Shown: one piece after another, positions 7,389 through 15,639 of the stretch
Position numbering within the stretch: position 1 is the first letter of the stretch
How the letters are laid out: the number at the start of each line of letters is the position of its first letter
From: Patescibacteria group bacterium
Lineage (GTDB): Bacteria > Patescibacteriota > Minisyncoccia > Minisyncoccales > GWA2-38-27
Direction: 5' to 3'
DNA: 64,000 bases
Assembly: GCA_020148045.1 (NCBI GenBank)
Contig: JAHCRG010000006.1
Coordinates: forward strand, 9,909 to 73,908
Position numbers and translations under genes: made by a program
Notes under the pieces: generated by a model
Database searches by the model: none
Seen by the model: the letters and a program-made list of their open reading frames with translations, nothing else
What the model was told of the DNA's origin: nothing

Positions 7389-7705
7389 ATGGTAATGGGT
7401 GAGCCAGATGAAGAGAGAAAGGTAAAAATAAGTTCAGTTTACAATAACATAAAAAAAAAAGAGCTTGAACTATTAACCTTTTAGCTCTTCATCATTAGGT
7501 TCTTCCCATTAATCACGGGTGAGAAGAGAGGCTGTTAGCGATCGCACAAAGAGGACATCTAGCTTAACCGACTAAGTTATTAATACAAGCAGAGAGAGTT
7601 AATACCCAAACCGGGTATAGATCGTTGCGTGTCTCTCTTTCTCATCCTATTGCTCTTTTAAAAGGGGCTTTTATCAAGCCCTTTTTTATTTGGGCGTTTT
7701 TTGGC
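7389..7705 (+). ncRNA. candidate ~300-nt transcript: leaderless 31-codon ORF (7389-7484) plus a structured 3' region and terminator
   Basis: ATG lies 5 nt after the -10 box. A long-range helix pairs GGGTGAGAAGAGAG (7517) with CTCTCTTTCTCATCC (7634), and AGCGATC pairs with GATCGTT. A conserved box CTCATCCTATTGCTCTTTTAA sits at 7641-7661. The hairpin GGGCTT/AAGCCC is followed by a T-run. Confidence 0.35.
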
Positions 7706-7709
7706 TTGT

Positions 7710-7746
7710 CCTCACACCAAAATTGGAAGATTTCTGGTAGTGATGG
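7710..7746 (-). repeat. REP-like imperfect palindrome R3 (inverted relative to R2)
   Basis: Its reverse complement is ccatcactaccagaaatcttccaattttggtgtgagg. This matches R2 over 18 nt and then 13-14 nt around a variable loop. Confidence 0.9.
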
Positions 7747-7758
7747 TAAAATGAAGAA

Positions 7759-8346
7759 ATGGAAAAAGCAACGCCTGTGACTTCAGCGGCTCCGGTTCCT
7801 CCTAAAAGCGGTGGCAGATCAGGATACGGGGCTGGTTGCGCAATAGGGTGTTTAATAATAGTGCTGATAACACTGTTAATCTTAGGTGCTTTGATTGGAA
7901 CAGGGTATTATTTCCTTTTTATGAGAGAAAAAGAGCCGGGAAGTTATTTTGATGTTGATAAAAAAGCTGAAAAAACAATTAAATGCGACACTGCTTCCTG
8001 CTTGGAAGAAAATCTTAAGAAATGCGCCCCAGCTAATGGCGGGGCAGAGATAGGAGAGTTTGCCGAGGTTGAATTTGAAATCTTAGGGCAAAGTGGTGAT
8101 TTCTGTGTGGTCTATGCTGAAGTAACTGAATTAAAAGAAATTCCTTCTCAATTGGAAGTAGCCCCTGATTTCATTCTTGAGAAATTGTTGGAAAATCTGA
8201 CACTGGAGTGTTTAATTCCAGAGAGAGTTTATACTCAAGGGATAGAGGAAGTCGGGGATTACATTGGAGAAAATCCCCACGCTGCCTGCAAAGGTCCTTT
8301 ATTTGATTTAATGGACAAATTTGGAATAAAAATAGAAGAATATTAA
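7759..8346 (+). CDS. membrane-anchored Cys-containing hypothetical protein
   Basis: An N-terminal TM helix is followed by a soluble domain with six Cys. An extended -10 box TGGTAAAAT ends 6 nt before the ATG. Confidence 0.5.
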   Translation: MEKATPVTSAAPVPPKSGGRSGYGAGCAIGCLIIVLITLLILGALIGTGYYFLFMREKEPGSYFDVDKKAEKTIKCDTASCLEENLKKCAPANGGAEIGEFAEVEFEILGQSGDFCVVYAEVTELKEIPSQLEVAPDFILEKLLENLTLECLIPERVYTQGIEEVGDYIGENPHAACKGPLFDLMDKFGIKIEEY

Positions 8347-8425
8347 ATTAAGAAAGTGTCCTGGCTGCGGAGCAAAACTTTAATTAGATTTGACAAAGTT
8401 TTAGGGCTGTGTATTATGATACATT

Positions 8426-8731
8426 ATGGTGCTGAGGAGAAATATAATAATTATTTCGCTGATTATCTTGATTTTGGTTATTGGTTTTGTTGTTTTTAAA
8501 GAAGGATTAAAAGAAGAAGAAAAAGAGCAAGAAGCAGAACAAGGAATTTCCCTAGAAGAAAAACAGCAGATTGAGGCCTGGATAGAAGAAAATAATTTAA
8601 ATCAATACGGGGATCCCAAAGATACAGTTTATACTGGAGGGACCCCGCTTTTTAATGAAAAGACCGGCGAGAGAATTGATAAATATGAATATATTTTAAG
8701 AAAACATCCGGATAGACCCTGGTTAAGGTAA
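8426..8731 (+). CDS. small membrane-anchored hypothetical protein
   Basis: An N-terminal TM helix and an E/K-rich linker. The promoter TTGACA-16-TATTAT ends 8 nt before the ATG. Confidence 0.45.
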   Translation: MVLRRNIIIISLIILILVIGFVVFKEGLKEEEKEQEAEQGISLEEKQQIEAWIEENNLNQYGDPKDTVYTGGTPLFNEKTGERIDKYEYILRKHPDRPWLR

Positions 8732-8800
8732 AAATTGGAGGACTGAAAGGTCGACCGAGGTCATAAAGAATAAAAAATTAATTAAGTAGAAAGCAAAAAT

Positions 8801-9145
8801 ATGAAAAAATTAATTCTATTTGGAGCAATAGCAGTATTTCTAATGGCATCGATAGGAACAGTAGTAGCTAAGGGACCATATAATCCAAATGCAATTGACA
8901 AAAATCCAAATCTAAATGATTTTAGTGAGATTTGGCCCACAGCATTAGATTTACAGACGAATCTGGATGGCGACTTTGTTCAGTGGTTTCACAACAGACA
9001 CTACATTTGTCAATGCACAGATGGTATGAATCCAGATGCGATAGCTAGCAAGCTAAGTGAAGGTTGGTTTATATGGCATCCAGCAACAGATGATCCACGC
9101 TACGAATGGTGCAGCAATCATGAATACATCATAAAAATGATTTAA
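8801..9145 (+). CDS. secreted hypothetical protein
   Basis: A signal peptide (MKKLILFGAIAVFLMASIGTVVA), and a W/H/C-containing domain with RYEWCSNH. Confidence 0.5.
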   Translation: MKKLILFGAIAVFLMASIGTVVAKGPYNPNAIDKNPNLNDFSEIWPTALDLQTNLDGDFVQWFHNRHYICQCTDGMNPDAIASKLSEGWFIWHPATDDPRYEWCSNHEYIIKMI

Positions 9146-9267
9146 TTTCGTTCTTTTTCGAGATTCTCAATAGTCCACCCATTACATTAGAAACCCACAT
9201 CTTTGAATAGAGATGTGGCAAAGGTCGACAATAATTAAATAATTAATAAGTAAAAAGAAAGAAAAAA

Positions 9268-9774
9268 ATGAAATCATTAATCGCTTCAATTTTGATTTTA
9301 GGATTAGTTGGAATGGTAGTGGGAGCGGCAGTGAAGGCAGCTACAGAGGGAAGTGTTACTGCTACTGTAACTCCGGGAGTAGTTTCAGTGATAGTATCTC
9401 CAAACAGTTTCGATTATGGTTATATGACATTGAATACATCAAAGACTTCGCATGAGGCAGGCCAGACATCAGGAATAACTGCTACTGTTGGTGGTGTTAA
9501 TACCGACCTCGAGATTAAAGGAGCTGATGCAACCTCTTCTAGTGGGTCATGGACACTTGTTGGTACCCCTGGATCAGATGAATATGTGCATGAATTTGGT
9601 GAAGGCGCTGATCCTAGTTCATACACTACTTTAACTACAACCTATGTTGATCTTGCTAGTGTGTCTGCAAGTGGGAGTTACGTCTTCGGGTTAAGAATTA
9701 CTACACCTACTTCATCAACATATACAGAGGAATACTCTGTGCCTACTATTGTTCTGGCGAGCTGGGGAGGCTAA
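9268..9774 (+). CDS. secreted T/S/G-rich beta-sandwich-like surface protein
   Basis: It has a signal peptide. The domain pattern (VSVIVSPNSFDYGYMTL ... SWTLVG ... FGLRITTP) recurs at the C-terminus of the adjacent S8 protease. Confidence 0.55.
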   Translation: MKSLIASILILGLVGMVVGAAVKAATEGSVTATVTPGVVSVIVSPNSFDYGYMTLNTSKTSHEAGQTSGITATVGGVNTDLEIKGADATSSSGSWTLVGTPGSDEYVHEFGEGADPSSYTTLTTTYVDLASVSASGSYVFGLRITTPTSSTYTEEYSVPTIVLASWGG

Positions 9775-9887
9775 TTACCCTAAATATTCTTAGAAAATGG
9801 TGTCAATTCTATTTTAAACGCTAAAATCCCTGCCCTGCTAAGCAGGGCAAAGCGTAAGTTTATATGATTAAAAAAGGGAATTTTTAT

Positions 9888-11672
9888 ATGTCAAAAATTT
9901 CTAAAATTTTGATATTGGTTTTGATTATTGGTGGGATGGTTTTTGGATTTGGTTTAAATAAAGGCACAGCTCAGTCAGAGCCGCCTTTTCCAATAATAGA
10001 AAAACCCTTCCCAAAAGCACTTTCGTCTCGATACGTTTCTGATGAAATTATCGTTAAGTTTAAACCAGGAGTATCGGCAGAAAGAATTAGTGAGATTTAT
10101 CAGAAAGAAAAAATTCCTGAAGAAAAATATATTAGCCCCTTCGTTGGTTTTCGAGTTCTTAAAATCCCTGCCGGCAAAACCGTCGAAGAAATGGTTAATA
10201 TTTTCCAAAAAAATCCGTTAGTTGAATATACGGAGCCAAATTCGATTTGTTATGCCTTTATGATTCCCGCTGATGAACATTATCCTTGGCAATGGAACTT
10301 TGATGATGATAATACCATTAATACCGGTGGTGCTTCTTCTAATCCCTATGGTGGGGCAAACGGAGGAGGGATTAGAATGGAGGAGGCTTGGGATATTGAT
10401 ACTACAGCTCCTTTATATGGGGGTGATCCTAATGTGGTAGTGGCTGTGTTAGATACCGGGATTGCTTATGAAAATTATAAAGGGTTTTGCCGCTCTCCGG
10501 ATTTTGCTGGTTCATATCCTGGTTTTACTGCTGGTTATGATTTTGCTAATAGTGATATCCATCCTAATGATGATGAGGGTCACGGTACCCATGTAGCTGG
10601 AACAATAACCAGCTCTACTAATAATGACTACGTAGCTGGAATTGCTTTTAATTCGACCTTGATGCCAGTTAAAGTTCTCAACCGAAAAGGAGAAGGAACA
10701 GCCGATTGGGTAGCCGATGGGATTTATTATGCTGTCAATAATGGGGCAGATATTATTAATATGAGTTTAGGTTGGCCACCGGGTTACGATCCAGGAGAAA
10801 CAGTTTATAATGCGATTAAATACGCTTACGATCATGGCGTTGTTCAAATTGCCGCCACTGGCAATGAGAGTGCCAGCCAAATTTCTTACCCGGCTAAATA
10901 TTCAGAAGTTATTGCGGTTGGGGCGACAAGATATGATGAGACGCGAGCTTCTTACTCTAATTACGGAGAAGGAATTGACTTGGTTGCTCCTGGGGGAGAT
11001 TTGGGTGTTGACCAAAATGAAGATGGATATGGTGATGGAGTTTGCCAGATTACATTTTCTGGAGGAGCCTGCAGCTGGTATTACGTTTGGGCGGATGGAA
11101 CCTCAATGTCCACTCCTCATGTTTCAGGGGTTGTTGCTTTGCTTTTGGCTCAAGATTCTAATCGAACCCCTGATGACATAAGAAATATTCTTCAAAGTAC
11201 TGCCGAAGATAAAGGAACAACTGGTTGGGATCAATACTATGGACACGGAATCGTTGATGCCTATGCTGCCTTGACTTACGCACCAGCTGTTTCTATTAGC
11301 TTAACCACTGATGGCTTGGTGGAATTTGGAACTTTACCATTGGAGGCAACAGCAGACAGTTCTGAAGATGTTCAAACTGTCAGTATTAATATAGGACCAG
11401 CTAACTTAGATGTTAGAAGCACGGTTTTTTCCGACAATGGAAACAGTTGGTCTCTGGGAACAACCAATGGTGACAATCAGGTAGTTTGGGAATATTCAGA
11501 GGATGGAAGCATTTGGACTATTTTTGAAGCTCCCGATACCCTGTATGATTTGGCTGATAATGTGGCCCAAGGAAATACTCAAAATCTATATTTACAGATA
11601 ACTATGCCCACTGAAACCTCTTCTTCAAATCAATATAGTTCAGTAGTAACTATTGTTGCAACTGAACCTTAA
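9888..11672 (+). CDS. secreted subtilisin-like serine protease (peptidase S8) with C-terminal surface-protein-like domain
   Basis: Catalytic motifs VAVLDTGI (Asp), HGTHVAGT (His) and GTSMSTPHVSG (Ser) are present. ATG at 9888, which follows aaggga, is preferred over 9864. Confidence 0.9.
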   Translation: MSKISKILILVLIIGGMVFGFGLNKGTAQSEPPFPIIEKPFPKALSSRYVSDEIIVKFKPGVSAERISEIYQKEKIPEEKYISPFVGFRVLKIPAGKTVEEMVNIFQKNPLVEYTEPNSICYAFMIPADEHYPWQWNFDDDNTINTGGASSNPYGGANGGGIRMEEAWDIDTTAPLYGGDPNVVVAVLDTGIAYENYKGFCRSPDFAGSYPGFTAGYDFANSDIHPNDDEGHGTHVAGTITSSTNNDYVAGIAFNSTLMPVKVLNRKGEGTADWVADGIYYAVNNGADIINMSLGWPPGYDPGETVYNAIKYAYDHGVVQIAATGNESASQISYPAKYSEVIAVGATRYDETRASYSNYGEGIDLVAPGGDLGVDQNEDGYGDGVCQITFSGGACSWYYVWADGTSMSTPHVSGVVALLLAQDSNRTPDDIRNILQSTAEDKGTTGWDQYYGHGIVDAYAALTYAPAVSISLTTDGLVEFGTLPLEATADSSEDVQTVSINIGPANLDVRSTVFSDNGNSWSLGTTNGDNQVVWEYSEDGSIWTIFEAPDTLYDLADNVAQGNTQNLYLQITMPTETSSSNQYSSVVTIVATEP

Positions 11673-11708
11673 TGTAATAATTAATTAATAACTAAAATCA
11701 TTAAAAAT

Positions 11709-12299
11709 ATGCAAAAAATTATTATTCTTTTTCTAACAGCTTCTTTAATTCTTCCTTTAATGGTTTTTGCCGGGATTGGTGTTGGGGTAAATCTTGGCAA
11801 AATAGAGATTGATGAGGCCTTGAAACCAGGAGGAATTTATAATTTTCCAAGTATTGGGGTAATCAATACCGGGGATGAACCAGGTGAATATGAATTGGCA
11901 GTTACTTATCATCAAGACCAGCCTCAAATAAGGCCAGCTCAAGAGTGGTTTAGTTTTAGCCCTTCTTCCTTTCATTTAGAGCCGGGTCAATCTCAAAGCG
12001 TGGCAGTAAAATTGGCTTTGCCAGTTAGAGTAAAGCCCGGAGATTATTTTGCCTATTTGGAAGCTCATCCTATTATTGAGGCAGGCCCGGGAACAACGAT
12101 TGGCATAGCAGCTGCAACCAAAACTTATTTTACGATTGCTCCAGCTAATATCTGGCAGGCGATTTATTATAAAATTGCTTCTTTCTTTACGATGTATGCT
12201 CCCTGGACTTATGTAGCTTTAGCAATAGTGATAGGGGCTATAATTATTGTCATTTTTAGAAAGTTTTTTGCTTTGCGAATTGGAATTAAAAGAAAATAG
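11709..12299 (+). CDS. cell-surface protein with signal peptide and C-terminal TM anchor
   Basis: The signal peptide is followed by an Ig-like beta-sandwich-type pattern (LKPGGIYNFPSIGVINTGDEPGEYEL, LEPGQSQSVAVKLALP). A hydrophobic helix plus a basic tail closes the protein. Confidence 0.5.
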   Translation: MQKIIILFLTASLILPLMVFAGIGVGVNLGKIEIDEALKPGGIYNFPSIGVINTGDEPGEYELAVTYHQDQPQIRPAQEWFSFSPSSFHLEPGQSQSVAVKLALPVRVKPGDYFAYLEAHPIIEAGPGTTIGIAAATKTYFTIAPANIWQAIYYKIASFFTMYAPWTYVALAIVIGAIIIVIFRKFFALRIGIKRK

Positions 12300-12347
12300 G
12301 ATGCGAATATTTATATGCGATTTTTGTCAATTGCGGATACTATTTAT

Positions 12348-12878
12348 ATGCCAAAGTATATAAAAAAAATTTTACTTTCAGTTTTTGTAATTTCTGTTTT
12401 GTTCCTCGTCTTTTTAGGAGTAAGCTATACCAAGAACAATTTAGCTTCTCTTTCTGGTATTATTACTGCTTGGGTGACCATCAATCCTTTAGAGGTTAAT
12501 ATTTCTTCTCCTAAGAAGGTGGAAGTAAATAGAGTTTTTTTAGTAAAAGCAGAAATAGAAAATAAAGGAGAGGAAAAAATTGAAAAAATGAAGACCAAGA
12601 TTTTTCTTCCTGATGAGTTAGAATTGATTAAAAAAAACAAGGAACAGAAAACAGGAGTGTTAAATCCTGGGGGCAAAAAACTTATTTCCTGGTCAGTAAA
12701 AGGAAAAGAGATAGGGGAATATATTATTTCAGTTAAAGCTTCCGGAGAATTAAGAGGAGATTTAATTAGCGCTGAAGATAGCGCAATGGTTAAGATAAAA
12801 AAACCATGGAAAGAGGGTTGGCCCCAAAGATGGTTTCAGGGTATTATTGATTTTTTTCGAGTAAAGCCCGGCTATTAA
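12348..12878 (+). CDS. membrane-anchored protein with CARDB/NEW3-like beta-sandwich pattern
   Basis: An N-terminal TM helix, and the motifs FLVKAEIENKGEE and LNPGGKKLISWSVKGKEIGEY. The start could be 12315 or 12348. Confidence 0.4.
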   Translation: MPKYIKKILLSVFVISVLFLVFLGVSYTKNNLASLSGIITAWVTINPLEVNISSPKKVEVNRVFLVKAEIENKGEEKIEKMKTKIFLPDELELIKKNKEQKTGVLNPGGKKLISWSVKGKEIGEYIISVKASGELRGDLISAEDSAMVKIKKPWKEGWPQRWFQGIIDFFRVKPGY

Positions 12879-13041
12879 TTATAAGTTTGCTTGACAAATT
12901 TACCCCTATGATTAAAATGGGAATATCAAGTCCTCTTATTAGGGCAGCTCTTTAAAAAGAAGGCGTCTGATTGAGTAAAAACAGGAAGAAATTACAAAAT
13001 TTTCCTTCTTTTTTTGTAATTACAAAACAGGAGATGGAATA

Positions 13042-13692
13042 ATGGATAAAAAGGAAATTATTCAGGAAGTAAAGGAGCAAATCAAGCTAGAGTATATTAA
13101 ATACCTGGTCTGGTATGGTAATCTGAGGGGGAACGACATTAATGTGATGGCAGTAATAGATAAAAGAGCCAGAGTTCGCCTTTATAAGTTGCCAAAATCA
13201 AAATTAGATATTTTGACGATTGGTAAAGACGAATTTCGAAGGAGATTGAGGATGCTTGACCCTGCAATTACCGAGCCCCTCATAACTGGTTTTCGATTAT
13301 TAGGTGACGAGAGAGAGTTTAGTCTACTAAGAAGCAAAACATTTTTATCTTTACCTCTTTCAAACAAAGCACTTCAGTTTCTTAAAGAGAAAGCCAGGGA
13401 AAGGTTAGGAAATGCCAAAGAGCTGTTACAAGCTTCTGGGCAGGAAGATGAAGATAATTTGCTTCCCTGTTTGGTCAATCTTTCTTGGGCTTGCAGCTAT
13501 TTTGGATTTGCTGAGTATTATGGGGACAGTCCCGAATTCGTTCCTATCACCTTTGCTCACTTATTGGCACAAGATGGAGAATTCGTACTCGGAGAAGTTA
13601 TGGGAGTTTTGAAAGCTGTTAAATCAGGTAGAGAATTTAATAAAGACCAAGCGGTTGATTTGTTCAAAAGAACTCAGAAGATGTTAAGATAA
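13042..13692 (+). CDS. hypothetical protein (degenerate nucleotidyltransferase-like N-terminus plus helical C-terminus)
   Basis: YGNLRGNDINVMAVID weakly resembles the GS..D.D minimal NTase motif. I have no firm assignment. Confidence 0.3.
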   Translation: MDKKEIIQEVKEQIKLEYIKYLVWYGNLRGNDINVMAVIDKRARVRLYKLPKSKLDILTIGKDEFRRRLRMLDPAITEPLITGFRLLGDEREFSLLRSKTFLSLPLSNKALQFLKEKARERLGNAKELLQASGQEDEDNLLPCLVNLSWACSYFGFAEYYGDSPEFVPITFAHLLAQDGEFVLGEVMGVLKAVKSGREFNKDQAVDLFKRTQKMLR

Positions 13693-13704
13693 ATATATCG
13701 TGGC

Positions 13705-13893
13705 CGTTTGTGAGAAAAGGAAGCGTGGTAATGCTCACTTGTTATATTCGTCTGCTTCCTTTCCTCACCCTATTGCTCTTTTAATTTGCTGCGCGCAGGA
13801 ATGGGAGCGCTCTTAATAGTTTAGCACTGAGTTCGCGCTCTCATCCTTGTTTTCAATAAGAGGTCCCAAAAGACCTCTTTTTTTGGTATAGTA
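13705..13893 (+). ncRNA. candidate structured RNA / 3' UTR element
   Basis: One helix pairs GTGAGAAAAGGAAGC with GCTTCCTTTCCTCAC. It is followed by the box CTCACCCTATTGCTCTTTTAA (13764-13784). A second helix pairs GGGAGCGC with GCGCTCTC plus ATCC. The terminator is AGGTC-ccaaaa-GACCT followed by a T-run. Confidence 0.3.
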
Positions 13894-13898
13894 AAAAT

Positions 13899-14384
13899 AT
13901 GAGACAGGCAACACTTTGTTTATTGGTCAAAGAAAATCAAAACAACAAAGAGCTTCTTTTGGCAATGAAAAAGAGAGGGTTTGGAGTTGGAAAATGGAAT
14001 GGAGTTGGGGGGAAGATAGATTCAGAAAAAGGAGATAAAAACATAGCAGACGCAGCTATTCGGGAGACCGAGGAAGAAATTGGAGTGAAGATTAAAGATT
14101 TAGAAAAAGTTGCTGTTTTAAGTTTTTATTTCCCTTATAATCGGGCATGGAATCAAGACGTTCATGTCTTTTTAGTTAAAAATTGGGAAGGAGAGCCAAT
14201 AGAATCTGAAGAAATGCTGCCAAAATGGTTTAAGGTTAAAGACATTCCTTTTAAACAAATGTGGGAGGATGATAGATTTTGGCTTCAGCAGGTTTTGGAA
14301 GGCAAAAAATTAAAAGCTAAATTTATTTTCAAAAAAGGAGAAAAGATTTCTAAAAAAGACGTTAAGGTTATAGAAAATATTTAA
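13899..14384 (+). CDS. NUDIX hydrolase (MutT-like)
   Basis: The Nudix box GGKIDSEKGDKNIADAAIRETEEEIG is present. The extended -10 box TGGTATAGT ends 6 nt before the ATG. Confidence 0.85.
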   Translation: MRQATLCLLVKENQNNKELLLAMKKRGFGVGKWNGVGGKIDSEKGDKNIADAAIRETEEEIGVKIKDLEKVAVLSFYFPYNRAWNQDVHVFLVKNWEGEPIESEEMLPKWFKVKDIPFKQMWEDDRFWLQQVLEGKKLKAKFIFKKGEKISKKDVKVIENI

Positions 14385-14388
14385 AATT

Positions 14389-14907
14389 ATGCCTGTTATT
14401 AAAACAAAAAACTTTATTTTGAGGCCGTTTAAAAAAGGGGATGAAGTATCTTTAGCTAAGAATATAAATCATAAGAAGATTTATCGAAACACTTGGACGG
14501 TTCCTTATCCTTACAATTTAAAACATGGCAAAGAATTTATAAGAAAAGATTTAAAAGAGCAGAGAAAGAAGAAACCAGCAGAGATAAACTTTGCAATTGA
14601 TATTAATAAGGAGGTTATTGGTGGAATTGGATTTAAAGAAATAGAGAGTCATCAAGCAGAAATTCATTATTGGCTTGCTCCGAAATGTCATAATAAAGGC
14701 ATAATGACCCTTGCCCTGAAAAAAATGACAAAGTATGGGTTTGAGAAACTAAAAGTTAGAAGAATTTATGCTTGCGTTTTTCCTTTTAATAAAGCTTCAA
14801 TGAGGATTTTAGAGAAAAACCACTATAAATTGGAGGGAATTTTAAGAAAAGAAGTTAAAAAAGGAAGGAAATTGTTTGACGATCATCTTTTCGCTAAAGT
14901 TAGATAA
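14389..14907 (+). CDS. GNAT family N-acetyltransferase (RimJ/RimL-like)
   Basis: NFILRPFKKGD and HYWLAPKCHNKGIMT match the acetyltransferase pattern. Confidence 0.8.
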   Translation: MPVIKTKNFILRPFKKGDEVSLAKNINHKKIYRNTWTVPYPYNLKHGKEFIRKDLKEQRKKKPAEINFAIDINKEVIGGIGFKEIESHQAEIHYWLAPKCHNKGIMTLALKKMTKYGFEKLKVRRIYACVFPFNKASMRILEKNHYKLEGILRKEVKKGRKLFDDHLFAKVR

Positions 14908-14911
14908 AAAT

Positions 14912-15604
14912 ATGTTTGAGGTTTTTAAAGAGTATGCTAATTTAATTGTTGTTCTTTCTGAAAAAAGTGATGGAGCGATGAAATTTTCACCTGAGAATAA
15001 AGAAAGATTTTTAGGAAAATTGGGGATTAAAGATAAATTGGCAGTGAAAGCAGGTTTGGTTTATGGGAATAATGTAAAGGTTGTTTCTAATGAGGAAGCC
15101 GGGAAGACAATAGAAAAAACCGATGGATTAATAACAGCAGATAAAAATTTATTTTTGACTATTACAATGGCTGATTGCCTGCCGATTTTTATTTTTGACC
15201 CGGAAAAAGAAATTATTGGTTTGGTTCATGGAGGGTGGCGGAATTTGGCTCAAAATATTTTGACTTTGAGTGTTGAGAAAATAGCTGAAAATTTTGGTAG
15301 TTTGCCAAAAGATATTTTAGTTGGAATAGGGCCAGGGATTTCCCAATGCCATTTTGAAGTGAAAGAAGATTTGTTAGTAGAATTTAAACCTTATTTGGGA
15401 AACGCTTTATTAAATAAAAACGGGAAATTATTTTTAGACCTAAAAAAAATAGCTAAAATTCAATTAATTAATTTAGGAATAAAAGAAGAAAACATTGAAA
15501 TCAGTCCGGAATGCACTTTCTGTCTTTCCGATAAATATTTTTCTTATAGAAGGGATAGATTTAAAGAAATCAAAACAATGATGGCAGTTATTGGAAGGAA
15601 ATAA
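14912..15604 (+). CDS. YfiH/PgeF (DUF152) laccase-domain purine nucleoside/peptidoglycan-editing enzyme family
   Basis: The motifs DGLIT, MADCLPIFIFDP and GLVHGGWRNL are present. ATG at 14912 is preferred. Confidence 0.8.
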   Translation: MFEVFKEYANLIVVLSEKSDGAMKFSPENKERFLGKLGIKDKLAVKAGLVYGNNVKVVSNEEAGKTIEKTDGLITADKNLFLTITMADCLPIFIFDPEKEIIGLVHGGWRNLAQNILTLSVEKIAENFGSLPKDILVGIGPGISQCHFEVKEDLLVEFKPYLGNALLNKNGKLFLDLKKIAKIQLINLGIKEENIEISPECTFCLSDKYFSYRRDRFKEIKTMMAVIGRK

Positions 15605-15628
15605 AAAATCGCCCAAAAGGCGATTTTC
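15603..15628 (+). terminator. intrinsic terminator (AAAATCGCC family)
   Basis: The sequence is aaaaaatcgccc-aaaa-ggcgatttt. Confidence 0.8.
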
Positions 15629-15639
15629 TGGTAGAATGA

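Noticed and set aside
7389-7705. A known housekeeping RNA (RNase P, tmRNA, SRP/4.5S, 6S) or a known riboswitch.
   Set aside because: None of the conserved signature strings I know is present. These are GAGGAAAGTCC for RNase P, the tRNA-like ends and tag ORF for tmRNA, and GGAA-tetraloop/AGCA motifs for SRP. The same holds for 13693-13898 and 44957-45131. This is a by-eye check only.
7283-7705. A diversity-generating retroelement template/variable repeat pair.
   Set aside because: The duplicated segment is only about 22 nt with no adenine-specific mismatches. No reverse transcriptase is in the window.
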